Assembly: GCF_044704955.1 (NCBI RefSeq)
Contig: NC_091980.1
Span: forward strand, 11,160,001 to 11,224,000
Reading direction: 5' to 3'
From: Pristiophorus japonicus
Taxonomy: Eukaryota
DNA: 64,000 bases
The position numbers and the translations under genes are program-made. Under the pieces are notes generated by a model, which did not search any database, was not told the origin of the DNA, and saw nothing but the letters and a program-made list of their open reading frames with translations. Below are positions 1-14,168 of this stretch, one piece after another; positions within the stretch are counted from its first letter, which is position 1; every line of letters begins with the position of its first letter.

Positions 1-85
1 AGCCTTTGGAAACCGTTTCTCTTTATTTACTCTATCTAAACCATTCATGATTTTAAATTCCACTAATAAATATCCTCTTAACCTT

Positions 86-985
86 CTCCACTCCAAGTCT
101 GGAGGTGACAATGGATGGCTGCAGGATTTTGGTGGTGGGTGGGCTGAGGCTGGGGCAGAGATGGGTGATGGAAGCGATGGGCTTTGTAATGGAGAGAACA
201 TGGGGTTGGAAGGTAAGCTTGGGCAACAATCATCTTCAGCTTGAGATAGTGGCCAGAATGGGGATGGAATTTCTGGTTAAGGCATGGTATTTATGGCAGG
301 GTCAGAGATTATGGCTTCGGTCTTCCAATTGTTTAAGTGGAGAAAATTGAGCCTCATTCAGGACTGATCGGACAAGCAGTCTGACAGCACAGTGGCATAA
401 GAGATATGTTGGAGAGGTAGAGGTGGCTATCATCAGGATCAATGTGGCCATTAACCCCCATGTCTATGAATGATGCCACCAAGAGACAGCATGTAGACGA
501 TGAAGAAGAGGGGGACCAGGATAGATCACTGAGGGACTGCAGTGGTAACCTTGCGGGGATGGGAAGAGAAGTCATAATGACATGCTCGAGCTATGATTGG
601 ATAGACAAGAGTTGAACTAAGTGAAGGTAGTCCTACTCAGCTGGACAACAGAAAGAGGCATTGGAGGAGAGGATGGCATGGTTTATTGTGTGAATGGCTG
701 CAGAAAAGCTGAGAAGAATGGGAAGAGATAGTGAACCATGGTTACGGAGGATATCATTTGTGACTTGGATTAGGGCCATTTCAGGTCTGTGGCAGGGGAC
801 AAAATCAGATTGGACACTTTCAAACATGGAGTTGCAGGAAAGATGGGCATGGGCGTAGGGGACTACAGCAGATTCAAGGATTTTGGAATGGAAAGGAAGT
901 TTAGAGATGGGTCAGTAGTGTACAAGAACAGAAAGGTTGAGGTGAGTTTTTTAAAGATAGATTGATGTTGGTGATTTTGAGCAGA
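86..985 (-). mobile_element. Degraded L2-type LINE fragment (RT region)
   Basis: ORF 633..827(-) FESVQSDFVPCHRPEMALIQVTNDIL resembles the L2 RT segment (QSGFR..HSTETAL.KVTND); no long ORF. Confidence 0.5.
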
Positions 986-1049
986 AACTATCCAGTGCCA
1001 GCCCCTTGAATTCACCATCTTCTATCTTTCTACTGCCATGGTGTAGACC

Positions 1050-2430
1050 ACCAACAAGGTGATATCTGATCACTTTCTTATATTCCTCACCATCCATATT
1101 GCCCACTTTCTTTCATCCCCACTATATTCTGAAACTTCCCTTGTGGAGGAAAACAAACTTTCTCTTCAAGTCACTTCTAAATACATACACAAACTCTCAA
1201 CTCCCAACTGCCTAGTTATAGCCCACTATTCGACACAATGCCTCTGAAGCTGTTGATTTGCTCAATCATTCTTTCACTGACAATGTCAATTCTCTCATCC
1301 CCAGAATAACCTTTAGATCCCCATTGCTATTGTTGCCCCAATGCAGCTACTAACCTCAATCTTTCAGTTCAATGTGCAGCAATTGAACAAACCTGGTGCC
1401 ATTATTGTTATATTTGGCTCAAACACATCAAGTTATATTGGACCTTGTTCTCCTCTAATAAAACTACCCATTTATCCACAATAATATTGGAAAACAGGAA
1501 TAACTCCTCGTCCCCTTTTGGCACTACCAGTTGCCTTCTCAAGACCTTCTCTCTTGCCACCTCCATTTTCATCTCTAACTACAAGTGAAAGGAGCCAGAG
1601 ATAGAGACCATCCATTCAGCTGCCTTCACTGCTTCCCCTTCCCTATATCCCCCAAGCCAAAGCTTGCTCCAATCTACCTCCTACTTTAGTCCTTAGCTTT
1701 CATATCTCTCTAATTTTTCCCCATTTCTTCCTTACTCTCTCCAAGTTCATCTTGGGCATAAGAATGATCTTCTGTTCTCTGAACCCCATTCCAACTAAAT
1801 TCCTGACCACCGAACTTACATTATTGACCCACATGCTAGCTAGCATTGTAATTGGTCCATCTTCTCAAACACTAGCCCCCTCCCATTGTAAACCCCTGCC
1901 ACCAAACTTCTTCATGAAATAAGCACCATAACCGCTCTGTGTTTGCTAGCTATTAGTCAATTTCTAACCTCCCTTTCATTGCCAAGATTCTTGAATGTGT
2001 TATTGCCTCTAAGATCCATGTCCACTTTTTTCTATAACTCCCTGTTTAAGTCCCTCCAATCAGCTTTCTACCCCTCCAATAACACCAACGTCGCCCTAAT
2101 CAAATTCATGAACAAAATTCGCCTTCCTTGTCATCATTAATCTTCATACAGTGTTTGACAAGTTTCATCACACTTTTCTCCTTCAATGTCTCTTGCCTAT
2201 CGTGCAGCTTGATGGGACTGCCATAGCTTGGTTCCACTTTTACCTATCTGTTCAAATCCAGAACTTCTAGCAATGGCTTGTTTCCTTCTCTTCTTCATCT
2301 ATATGCTGTCCCTTGATAATATCATCTGGTCAGCTTCCATGGATATGCTGATAACGTTGAGCTCTATTTCTCCAACATTCCACTTGACCGCTCCACTCCC
2401 TCTGTGCTATCAGGCTGTTTTCTAACATCT
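1050..2430 (+). mobile_element. Degraded L2-type LINE fragment (end of endonuclease to RT)
   Basis: ISDHFLI (APE SDH motif) at 1059; FKSLQSAFYPSNNTNVALIK at about 2045; many stops and frameshifts. Confidence 0.5.
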
Positions 2431-3239
2431 AATGATAAATCTTTTCCTTTAAGTTCGTGCTGTCATGTTTATACATGCAACTCTGGTTCATGCTGGTAGC
2501 CTTCTTCCTCTCAGTGAGTTTATATTAGCACACTTCTCTCTGCCCTGTATATTCTGATGCTATTTTCTCTCCAGTGGCTGTTGACACTGCTCCCTTCTAC
2601 ATTTGATTCAAGGCATTTTGATCTCCATTCTCAGTTCTTGCTAGAAATTACCTCCCTTTCTTTAATCAAATGTTGGCAATCTTCTCCCTTCTCCCCATAC
2701 AAACTGACACTCTCATTTTGCTTCTCACTCAATTCAAGGTGATACTTCAAGGTCGTCTCCCCTCTGCAGATGTTGGCACTCTTGCTCCCTGATTTATGTT
2801 GGAATTTTCCCTCCCATGCCAGAACTCTTCGCTGCCCCAAACTCATATTACCAATATTTTCTCCTCTCTTTCCAATTCACTTCAAGTTATCAAGCTTCTG
2901 CCTTTCCCCATTTCTTTCCAGTATTTAGCTCCCCTTGCCCATTCCAATCAGTTTATTCCACATTCATCTCTTCTTTCTCATCTTTACTCTAAGTTCACAA
3001 TCCCTTCTTGTTTATGCTGGGAAGCTCCTCCCATTCTAGTTTATGTGGCCAAGTTTATTTCTGGTTCATTTCATGTTAGCAATGTTCATCTCCCTCAATG
3101 GCACTATAAACCCCTCCCAGATCACACAGGCACTCCTATTTCTTCCCCTTCATTGGCATTCCTTGATCCTGTTTGAAGTTGCTCCTGTTCTTGGTGATGG
3201 AACATTGATGCATGCTATCAATGGGGATTCCTGATGTCA

Positions 3240-3391
3240 TACAATAAAAACAAATTTATATAGCACCTTTAACATCCCAAGGTACTTCACAGGCATATTA
3301 TAAGAAAAACAAATTGACACCAAGCTATATAAGGAGCAATTAGGACAGATGACCAAGGCTTGGTCAAAGAGGTAGGTTTTAAGAAGCGTCT
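3240..3391 (-). mobile_element. L2 LINE 3' end (host element split by CR1 copy A)
   Basis: Reverse complement matches the L2 3' ends at 23040-23207 and 49085-49253; the sequence resumes at about 7515. Confidence 0.7.
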
Positions 3392-3489
3392 TAGAAACAT
3401 AGAAACATAGAAAATAGGTGCAGGAGCAGGCCATTCAGCCCTTCTAGCCTGCACCGCCATTCAATGAGTTCATGGCTGAACATGAAACT

Positions 3490-6275
3490 TCAGTACCCCT
3501 TCCTGCTTTCTCGCCATAACCCATGATCCCCCGAGTAGTAAGGACTTCATCTAACTCCCTTTTGAATATATTTAATGAATTGGCCTCAACTACTTTCTGC
3601 GGTAGAGAATTCCACAGGTTCACCACTCTCTGGGTGAAGAAGTTTCTCCTCATCTCGGTCCTAAGTGGCTTACCCCTTATCCTCAGACTGTGACCCCTGG
3701 TTCTGGACTTCCCCAACATTGGGAACATTCTTCCTGCATCTAACCTGTCTAAACCCGTCAGAATTTTAAACGTTTCCATGAGGTCCCCTCTCATTCTTCT
3801 GAACTCCAGTGAATACAAGCCCAGTTGATCCAGTCTGGTGAATCTTCGCTGCACTCCCTCAATAGCAAGAATGTCCTTCCTCAAGTTAGGAGACCAAAAC
3901 TGTACACAATACTCCAGGTGTGGCCTCACCAAGGCCCTGTACAACTGTAGCAACACCTCCCTGCCCCTGTATTCAAATCCCCTCGCTATGAAGGCCAACA
4001 TGCCATTTGCTTTCTTAACAGCCTGCTGTACCTGCATGCTAACCTTCAATGACTGATGTACCATGACACCCAGGTCTCGTTGCACCTTCCCTTTTCCTAA
4101 TCTGTCACCATTCAGATAATAGTCTGTCTCTCTGTTTTTACCACCAATGTGGATAACCTCACATTTATCCACATTATACTTCATCTGCCATGCATTTGCC
4201 CACTCACCTAACCTATCCAAGTCACTCTGCAGCCGAATAGCATCCTCCTCGCAACTCACACTGCCACCCAACTTAGTGTCATCCGCAAATTTGGAGATAC
4301 TACATTTAATCCCCTCGTCTAAATCATTAATGTACAATGTAAACAGCTGGGGCCCCAGCACAGAACCTTGCGGCACCCCACTAGTCACTGCCTGCCATTC
4401 TGAAAAGTACCCGTTTACTCCTACTCTTTGCTTCCTGTCTGACAACCAGTTCTCAATCCACGTCAGCACACTGCCCCCAATCCCCTGTGCTTTAACTTTG
4501 CACATTAATCTCTTGTGTGGGACCTTGTCGAAAGCCTTCTGAAAGTCCAAATATACCACATCAACTGGTTCTCCTTTGTCCACTTTACTGGAAACATCCT
4601 CAAAAAATTCCAGAAGATTTGTCAAGCATGATTTCCCTTTCACAAATCCATGCTGACTTGGACCTATCATGTCACCATTTTCCAGATGCACTGCTATGAC
4701 ATCCTTAATAATTGATTCCATCATTTTACCCACTACTGAGGTCAGGCTGACCGGTCTATAATTCCCTGTTTTCTCTCTCCCTCCTTTTTTAAAAAGTGGG
4801 GTTACATTGGCTACCCTCCACTCCATAGGAACTGATCCAGAGTCAATGGAATGTTGGAAAATGACTGTCAATGCATCCGCTATTTCCAAGGCCACCTCCT
4901 TAATTACTCTGGGATGCAGTCCATCAGGCCCTGGGGATTTATCGGCCTTCAATCCCATCAATTTCCCCAACACAATTTCCCGACTAATAAAGATTTCCCT
5001 CAGTTCCCCCTCCTTACTAGACCCTCTGACCCCTTTTATATCCGGAAGGTTGTTTGTATCCTCCTTAGTGAATACCGAACCAAAGTACTTGTTCAATTGG
5101 TCTGCCATTTCTTTGTTCCCCGTTATGACTTCCCCTGATTCTTACTGCAGGGGACCTACGTTTGTCTTTACTAACCTTTGTCTCTTTACATACCTGTAGA
5201 AACTTATGCAATCCGCCTTAATGTTCCCTGCAAGCTTCTTCTCGTACTCCACTTTCCCTGCCCTAATCAAACCCTTTGTCCTCCTCTGCTGAGTTCTAAA
5301 TTTCTCCCAGTCCCCAGGTTCGCTGCTATTTCTGGCCAGTTTGTATGCCACTTCCTTGGCTTTAATACTATCCCTGATTTCCCTAGATAGCCACGGTTGA
5401 GCCACCTTCCCTTTTTTATTTTTACGCCAGACAGGAATGTACAATTGTTGTAATTCATCCATGCGGTCTCTAAATGTCTGCCATTGCCCATCCACAGTCA
5501 ACCCCCTAAGTATCATTCGCCAATCTATCCTAGCCAATTCACGCTTCATACCTTCAAAGTTACCCTTCTTTAAGTTCTGGACCATGGTCTCTGAATTTAC
5601 TGTTTCATTCTCCATCCTAATGCAGAATTCCACCATATTATGGTCACTCTTCCCCGAGGGGCCTCGCACAATGAGATTGCTCATTAATCCTCTCTCATTA
5701 CACAACACCCAGTCTAAGATGGCCTCCCTCCTAGTTGGTTCCTCAACATATTGGTCTAGAAAACCATCCCTTATGCACTCCAGGAAATCCTCCTCCATCG
5801 TATTGCTTCCAATTTGGCTAGCCCAATCTATGTGCATATTAAAGTCACCCATTATAACTGCTACACCTTTATTGCATGCACCCCTAATTTCCTGTTTGAT
5901 GCCCTCCCCAACATCCCTATTACTGTTTGGAGGTCTGTACACAACTCCTACTAACGTTTTTTGCCCTTTGGTGTTCTGCAGCTCTACCCATATAGATTCC
6001 ACATCATCCAAGCTAATGTCTTTCCTAACTATTGCATTAATCTCCTCTTTAACCAGCAATGCTACCCCACCTCCTTTTCCTTTTATTCTATCCTTCCTGA
6101 ATGTTGAATACCCCCTGAATGTTGAGTTCCCAGCCCTGATCATCGTGGAGCCACATCTCCGTAATCCCAATCACATCATATTTGTTAACATCTATTTGCA
6201 CAATTAATTCATCCACCTTATTGCGGATACTCCTTGCTTTAAGACACAAAGCCTTCAGGCTTGTTTTTTTAACAC
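3490..6275 (-). pseudogene. CR1 ORF2 (APE endonuclease-reverse transcriptase), disrupted
   Basis: YRPP, GDFN, SDH, GVPQGSVLGP and KFADD motifs; +1 frameshift in the C-run at 6111-6115; TAA at 5142-5144; 39-bp in-frame deletion at about 3835 between AGACTG repeats (removes IPGMAGLTYQERL). Confidence 0.9.
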
Positions 6276-6436
6276 CCTTTGTCCTTTTAGAATTAAGATG
6301 TAGTGTGGCCCTTTTTGTTCTTTGCCTTGGGTTTCTCTGCCCTCCACTTTTCCTCATCTCCTTTATGTCTTTTGCTTTTGCCTCTTTTTTGTTTCCCTCT
6401 GTCTCCTGCATTGGTTCCCATCCCCCTGCCATATTA

Positions 6437-7382
6437 GTTTAAATCCTCCCCAACAGCACTAGCAAACACTCCCCCTAGGACATTGGTTCCGGTCCTGCCC
6501 AGGTGCAGACCATCCGGTTTGTACTGGTCCCACCTCCTCCAGAACCGGTCCCAATGCCCCAGGAATTTGAATCCCTCCCTGCTGCACCACTGCTCAAGCC
6601 ACGTATTCATCTGCGCTATCCTGCGATTCCTACTCTGACTATCACGTGGCACTGGTAGCAATCCCGAGATTACTACTTTTGAGGTCCTACTTTTTAATTT
6701 AGCACCTAGCTCCTTAAATTCGTTTCGTAGGACCTCATCCCTTTTTTTTATCTATGTCGTTGGTACCAATGTGCACCATGACAACTGGCTGTTCTCCCTC
6801 CCATTTCAGAATGTCCTGTACCTGCTCCGAGACATCCTTGACCCTTGCACCAGGGAGGCAACATACCATCCTGGAGTCTCGGTTGCAGCCGCAGAAACGC
6901 CTATCTATTCCCCTCACCATTGAATCCCCTATCACTATTGCTCTCCCACTCTTTTTCTTGCCCTCCTGTGCAGCAGAGCCAGCCACGGTGCCATGAACTT
7001 GGCTGCTGCTGCCCTCCCCTGATGAGTCATTCCCCTCAACAGTACTCAAAATGGTGTATCTGTTTTGCAGGGGGATGACCACAGGGGACCCCTGCAGTAC
7101 CTTCCTTGCACTACTCTTCCTGCTGGTCTTCCATTCCCTATCTGGCTGTGGACCCTTTCCCTGCGGTACGACCAACTCGCTACACGTGATACTCACGTCA
7201 GTCTCAGCATCGTGGATGCTCCAGAGTGAATCCACCCTCAGCTCCAATTCCGTAACGCGGACCGTCAGGAGCTTGAGGTGGATACACTTCCCGCACACTT
7301 CGTCGTCAGGGACACCGGAAGCATCCCTGAGTTCCCACATGGTACAGGAGGAGCATAACACCCGACCAAGCTCTCCTGCCAT
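6437..7382 (-). pseudogene. CR1 ORF1 (zinc-binding CxxC..CxxC, coiled coil, SGNH esterase), frameshifted
   Basis: ORFs 6735..7382 and 6434..6661: CSSC..CGKC, IGDS, GTND, DGLH; frameshift in the A-run near 6742. Confidence 0.88.
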
Positions 7383-7514
7383 GACTTAACCCTTAGATAC
7401 ACTTAAATTGGCAACAACAATGCTAAAAGTTACTGACTAAAATAAGAAGAAAAAGAAAAACTGCTCACCAATCACCAGCCAATCACTTACCCCCTAGGCT
7501 GTGATGTCACGTTT

Positions 7515-8900
7515 GTGGCAAATGAGGTGGAGAAGCAGAGAGGTTTAGTGACAGAATTCCAGAGCTCAGGACCTAGGCAACAGAAGGTTCAGCCACCAAT
7601 TTTGAGAGAATATAATCAGGGATGCTGAAGAGGGCAGAATTAGAGGAACACCGATATCTTGGGGGTTGTGGGGCTGCAGGAGATAGGGAGGGGCGAGGCC
7701 ATGGAGGGATTTGAAAACAAGGATGAACAATTTGAAATCGCGTTGTTGCTTAACCGGGAGCCAATGTAAGTCAGCGAACACAGGGGTATTGGATGAATGG
7801 GACTTGGTGTGCGTTGGGATACAAGCGAATTTTGGATGACCTCAAGTTTGTATATGGTAGCAAGTGGGAGTACAGCCAGTATCGCTTTGGAATAGTCAAG
7901 TCTGGAGGTAACAAAGGCATGGATGAGGGTTTCAGCAGTGGATGAGCTAAGGCAACGGCAGAGGCGGGTGATGATACGGTGGTGGAAATAGGATCTCTTC
8001 GTTATAGCATGGCTGTAGGCTTATTTCAAGGTCAAATATGACACCAATATGCAAACAGTATGGTTCAGCCTCAGGCAAATGTTAGCAACAGGGATGGAGT
8101 CAGTGGCTACAGAATGGAGTTGGTGATGGGGACCAAAACCACTGGCTTCAGTCTTCCCAACATTTAATTGGAGAAACTTTCTGCTCGTCCAGAACTGGAT
8201 GTTGGAAAAGCAGTCTGATCATAGCGAGGTTGAGAGAAATAGTGGTGAGGTACAGCTGGGTGCCATCTGCGTATATGTGGAAACTGATGCTGTGTTTTTG
8301 GAGGATGCTGCCCAGGGGCAATATGTAGATGAGAAAGAGGAGGGGGCCAAGGACAAATCCTTGGGGTAATTCCAGACGTCATGATGCGAGACCGGGAAGA
8401 GAAGCCATTGCAGATGCTTCTCTGGCTACAATTAGATAGATAAGAATGGAACAAGGTGAATCCAGTCCCACCCAACTGGACGATGTTGGAGAGGCATTGG
8501 AGGAGGATGGGTTGGCCAAGTCAAGAGGGATGAGGGAGGAAACTTTACCTCTGTCACAGTAACAATGAATGTAATTTGTTATGTTGAAGAGAGACGTTTC
8601 ATTTCTTTGGAGGGGTGGACACCTGTTTGGAGGGATTCAACGATGTGAAAAAGATGGGCACCGATTTCGGAGGTGACAACATGTTCAAAGATTTTGGAGA
8701 GGAAGGAAAGATTGGAGATTGGGTGGAAGTTTGCAATGATTGAGGGGTGAAATGTTGTTTTTTTGAGGAGAGGATTGATGATGGTAGATTTGAGAGAGAG
8801 GTAACACTACCTGAGTAGAGAGCACTGTTAACAATGTCAGCTAACATGGGAGCCAGAAAAGGAAGGTGGGTGATCAGTAATTTGGTAAAACAAATCCACA
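7515..8900 (-). mobile_element. L2 LINE body (continuation of 3240-3391)
   Basis: ORF 7566..7781 ADLHWLPVKQQRDFKLFILVFKSLHGLAPPYL is the typical L2 ORF2 C-terminus. Confidence 0.8.
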
Positions 8901-9319
8901 CCCACAGTGTGCAGCTGATATCTATCACTAGAGCAGCAGTGCCATTAAGAAGCACTAGCAATGAAGGATAGCGTTGGGGGTGGTGGTGAGGGACAGTGCT
9001 AAGAGTTGTGTTGGTTTCCAACTATGGATGTGGATAAGCAGATGCTGATGACATAATACATGGATAGTTAGCTTATATGCTGCAAAGTTGAGCAAAATGT
9101 TTGAGACTTTTAATGTGTATGTTATGTTTTGAATTGTTTTTAACCCTTCTTATCCCGAGACACTTTGGTTTCTGTATTTTGTATTGCTCACTGATGGAAA
9201 TGAAGAAAAGCGAAAATTCGAATCTTAGTATAAGATTAATTTTATATCGCATTTCAGAGCGGATTAAGAACCAACACCATGGATAGACCTTTTATTTTAG
9301 AATTCCTTTATTATTTGAA

Positions 9320-11292
9320 TAGAAATTGGGAGAACAGAAGAATGGGAAGCTTTTAAAAGCAAGCAAATGATGACAAAAAACAATGATTAAGAAAGGGAAG
9401 ATAGTCTATGAAAGTAAACTAGCACAAAATAATAAAACAGATAGCAAGAGGTTCTATAGGTATATAAAAAGGAAAAACGTGGATAAAGTAAATGTTGGTC
9501 CCTTAGAGGACAAGACCGGGGAATTAGTAATGGGAAATATGGAGATGGTAGAAACTCTGAACAAATATTTTTTTATCAGTCTTTACTGTAGAGGACACTA
9601 ACAATATTCTGACAATGAATAGTCGAGGGGCTATGGGGGGGGGTGGGGGTCGGGGGGTCGGGAAGGAACTTAACACAATCACAATCACTAAGGAGGTGGT
9701 ACTCAGTAAGATAATGGGATTAAAGGCAGATAAATCCTCTGGACCTGATGGTTTGCATTCTAGGGTCTTAAGAGAAGTAATGGCAGAGATTGTGGATGCA
9801 TTGGTTGTAATTTACCAAAATTCCCTTGATTCTGGGGAGGTCTCAGAAGATTGGAAAACTGCAAATATAATGTCCCTATTTAAAAAATGAGGCAGGCAAA
9901 AAGCAGGAAATTACAGACCAGTTAGCCTAACATCTGTGGTTGGGAAAATGTTGGAGTCCATTATCAAAGAAGCAGTAGCAGGGCATTTGGAAAAGCAAAA
10001 TTCGGTCAGGCAGATTCAGCATGGTTTTATGAAGGGGAAGTCATGTTTGACAAATTTTCTGGAGTTCCTGGAGGATGTAACGGACAGGATGGATAAAGGG
10101 GAACCAGTGGATGTGGTGTATTTGGACTTCCAGAAGGTATTTGACAAGGTGCCACTTAAAAGGTTACTGCACAAGATAAAAGTTCACGGGGTTGGCGGTA
10201 ATATATTAGCTTGGATAGAGGATTTGCTAACTAACAGAGAACAGAGACTCAGGATAAATGCTTTATTCTCTGCTTGGCAACCAGTAAATTGTGGGGTGCC
10301 ACAGGGATCGGTGCTGGGACCCCAACTTTTTACAATCTATATTAATGATGTGGAAGAAGGGACTGGGTGTCGCCAAGTTTGCTGCTGATACAAAGATGGG
10401 AGGAAAAGCAATGTGTGAGGAGGGCACAGAAAATCTGCAAGAAGACATAGACAGGCTAAGTGAGTGGGCAAGAATTTGGCAGATGGAGTATAATGTTGGA
10501 AAGTGTGAGGTCATGCACTTTGGCAGAAAAAAATCAAAGAGCAAGTTTTTAGTTAAATGGAGAAAGATTGCAATGTGCCGCACTACAGCGGGACCTGGGG
10601 GTACTTGTGCATGGAACAAAAAAGGATAGTATGCAGGTACAGCAAGTAATCAGGAAGGCCAATCATATCTTGGCCTTTATTGCAAAGGGGATGGAGTATA
10701 AAAGCAGGGAAGTCTTGCTACAGAGATAAAAAAGTATTGGTGAGGCCCCACCTGAAATACTGTGTGCAGTTTTGGTTTCCATATTTATGAAAGGATATAC
10801 TTGCTTTGCAGGCAGTTCAGATAAGGTTTGCGAGGTTGATTCCGGGGTTGAGGGCATTGACTTATGAGGAGAGGTTGAGTTGGTTGGGCCTCTACTCATT
10901 GGAATTCAGAAGAATGAGAGGTGATCTTATCGAAATGTATAAGATTATGAGGGGGCTTTACAAGGTGGATGCAGAGAGGATGTTTCCACTGATGGGGGAG
11001 ACTAGAACTAGGGGGCATGATCTTAGAATAAGGGGCTGCCCATTTAAAACAGAAATGAGGAGAAATTTCTTCTCTCAGAGGGTTGTAAATCTATGGAATT
11101 TGCTGCCTCAGAGAGCTGTGGAAGCTGGGACATAGAAATAGACAGTTTCTTAACCGATAAGGGGATAAGGGGTTATGGGGAGCGGGCAGGGAAGTGGAGC
11201 TGTGTCCATGATCAGATCAGCCATGATAGTGAATGGCAGAGCAGGCTCGAGGGGCCCTATGGCCTACTGCTGTTCCTATTTCTTATGTTCTA
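9320..11292 (+). mobile_element. 5'-truncated older CR1 LINE (copy B)
   Basis: Broken RT ORFs 9383-11135 (YLDFQK, GVPQGSVLGP, KFAAD); TTCTTATGTTCT tail at about 11280-11291. Confidence 0.9.
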
Positions 11293-11865
11293 AATTGAAA
11301 ATACAAGAGCTCTTCAGGAACACATTTAACTGTCACGACAAGTATTGATCAGTGGGAGATGTTCCCCACAAAGAATCGAGGCATTTCGCTGCAAACTGTC
11401 GCTGTTATTTATGTCTACTTTGCAGAACTTTCCTCCATGTTTTCTACCAATGTGAACATTCATTGATGATGCGCGTCATCATGTTGACGTCAACAAGTAG
11501 ACCAAGGTCACTGGTAGGCGCATGCCCATGAAATGAGTAACATGTTTCGGAGTGCAACATGTTCACATGAATAAAGGGACAGTATAACTCTGCTCTATCT
11601 GAAATATGTACAGTCCTGAGGCATAACTACACCCTAACAGTTAAAAGGGGAATGGATAAGGCTTGATAAAGATTCTGCTGATCAGATCTCTATTCTAATC
11701 ATGGCATCAACGAATGGGTGACTGAATAATGCTGGCCAATGTTTTAGTGCAAATTAATTATGTGCATCCAATTTTTCCAAAGTAGTAGTGTTGACAATAT
11801 CGATGGAGCCGACTCTGCTTGTTATTGATGAGTTTGAATAGTGTCACTGCATGAGATAAATATTG

Positions 11866-14168
11866 TCCCTTGGGGAAGAGTGATCATAATATGGTGGAAT
11901 TCGACATTAGGGTGGAGAAATAAACAGTTAAGTCAGAGACCATGGTCCAAAACTTAAAGAAGGTATGAGGCATGAATTGGCTTTGATAGATTGGTGAATG
12001 ATACTTAAGGGGTTGACAGTGGATGGGCAATGGCAGACATTTAGAGACTGCATGGATGAACTACAACAATTGTACATCCCTGTCTGGCGTAAAAATAAAA
12101 AAGGGAAGGTGGCTCAACCATGGCTATCAAGGGAAATCAGGGATAGTATTAAAGCCAAGGAAGTGGCATACAAATTGGCCAGAAATAGCAGTGAATCTGG
12201 GAACTGGGAGAAATTTAGAACTCAGCAGAGGAGTACAAAGAGTTTGATTAGGGCAGGGAAAATAGAGCACGAGAGGAAGCTTGCAGGGAACATTAAAATG
12301 GATTGCAAAAGCTTCCATAGACATGTAAAGAGAAAAAGCTTAGTAAAGACAAACGTAGGTCCCCTGCAGTAAGAATCAGGGGAAGTCATAACTGGGAACA
12401 TAGAAATGGCAGACCAATTGAACAAATACTTTGGCTCGTTATTCACTAAGGAGGACACAAGCAACCTTCCGATATAAAAGGGGTCAGAGGGTCGAGTAAG
12501 AAGGAGGAACTGAGGGAAATCCTTATTAGTCGGGAAATTGTGTTGGTGAAATTGATGGGATTGTATGCCGATAAATCCCCAGGGCCTGATAGTCTGCATC
12601 CCAGAGTAGTTAAGGAGGTGGCCTTGGAAATAGCGGATGCATTGACAGTCATTTTACAACATTCCATAGACTCTGGATCAGTTCCTATGGAGTGGAGGGT
12701 AGCCAATGTAACCCCACTTTTTAAAAAAGGAGGGAGAGAGAAAACAGGGAATTATAGACCGGTCAGCCTGACATCAGTAGTGGGTAAAATGATGGAATCA
12801 ATTATTAAGGATGTCATAGCAGCGCATTTGGAAAGAGGTGACATGATAGGTCCAAGTCAGTATGCATTTGTGAAAGGGAAATCATGCTTGACAAATCTTC
12901 TGGAATTTTGTGAGGATTTTCCCCGTAGAGTGGACAAGGGAGAACCAGTTGATGTGGTGTATTTGGACTTTCAGAAGGCTTTCGACAAGGTCCGACACAA
13001 GAGATTAATGTGCAAAGTTAAAGCACATGGGATTGGGGGTAGTGTGCTGACGTGGATTGAGAACTGGTTGTCAGACAGGAAGCAAAGAGTAGGAGTAAAT
13101 GGGTACTTTTCAGAATGGCAGGCAGTGATTAGTGGGTACCGCAAGGTTCTGTGCTGGGGCCCCAGCTGTTTACATTGTACATTAATGATTTAGACAAGGG
13201 GATTAAATGTAGTATCACCAAATTTGCGGATGACACTATGTTGGGAGGCAGTGTGAGCTGCAAGGAGGATGCTATGAGGCTGGAGAGTGACTTGGATAGG
13301 TTAGGTGAGTGGGCAAATGCATGGCAGATGAAGTATAATGTGGATAAATGTGAGGTCATCCACTTTGGTGGTAAAAACAGAGAGACAGACTATTATCTGA
13401 ATGGTGATAGATTAGGAAAAGGGGAGGTGCAACGAGACCTGGGTGTCATGGTACATCAGTCATTGAAGGTTGGCATGCAGGTACAGCACGTGGTTAAGAA
13501 AGCAAATGGCATGTTGGCCTTCATAGCGAGGGGATTTGAGTACAGGGGCAGGGATGTGTTACTACTATTGTACAGGGCCTTGGTGAGGCCATACATGGAG
13601 TATTGTGTACAGTTTTGGTCTCCTAACATGAGGAAGGACATTCTTGCTATTGAGGGAGTGCAGCGAAGGTTCACCAGACTGATTCCCGGCATGGCGGGAC
13701 TGACATATCAAGAAAGACTGGATCAACTGGGCTTGTATTCACTGGAGTTCAGAAGAATGAGAGGGGATCTCATAGAAACGTTTAAAATTCTGACGGGTTT
13801 AGACAAGTTAGATGCAGGAAGAATATTCCCAAAGTTGGGGAAGTCCAGAACCAGGGCTCACAGTCTAAGGCTAAGGGGGTAAGCCATTTAGGACCAAGAT
13901 GAGGAGAAACTTCTTCACCCAGAGAGTGGTGAACCTGTGGAATTCTCTACCACAGAAAGTTGTTGAGGCCAATTCACTAAATATATTCAAAAAGGAGTTA
14001 GATTTAGTCCTTACTACTAGGGGGATCAAGGGGTATGACGAGAAAGCAGGAATGGGGTACTGAAGTTGCATGTTCAGCCATGAACTCATTGAATGGTGGT
14101 GCAGGCTCGAAGGGCCGAATGGCCTACTCCTATAGGTGCTATTTTTCTATGTTTCTATATTTCTATGT
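11866..14168 (+). mobile_element. 5'-truncated CR1 family 1 (copy C)
   Basis: ORFs 11998-13882 nearly identical to copies A and D; TTCTATGT-type tail at 14145-14168. Confidence 0.95.

Larger units (their letters stand above)
3392..7510 (-). mobile_element. Near-full-length CR1 LINE, young family 1 (copy A)
   Basis: (AGAAACAT)n tail at 3393-3412; ORF2 with APE and RT; ORF1 with CxxC motifs and SGNH esterase; 5'UTR matches 60174-60300. Confidence 0.95.

Noticed and set aside
47-3234. Short ORFs in the first 3 kb as host genes
   Set aside because: They lie in decayed L2/CR1 or low-complexity pyrimidine-rich sequence with no recognisable domains
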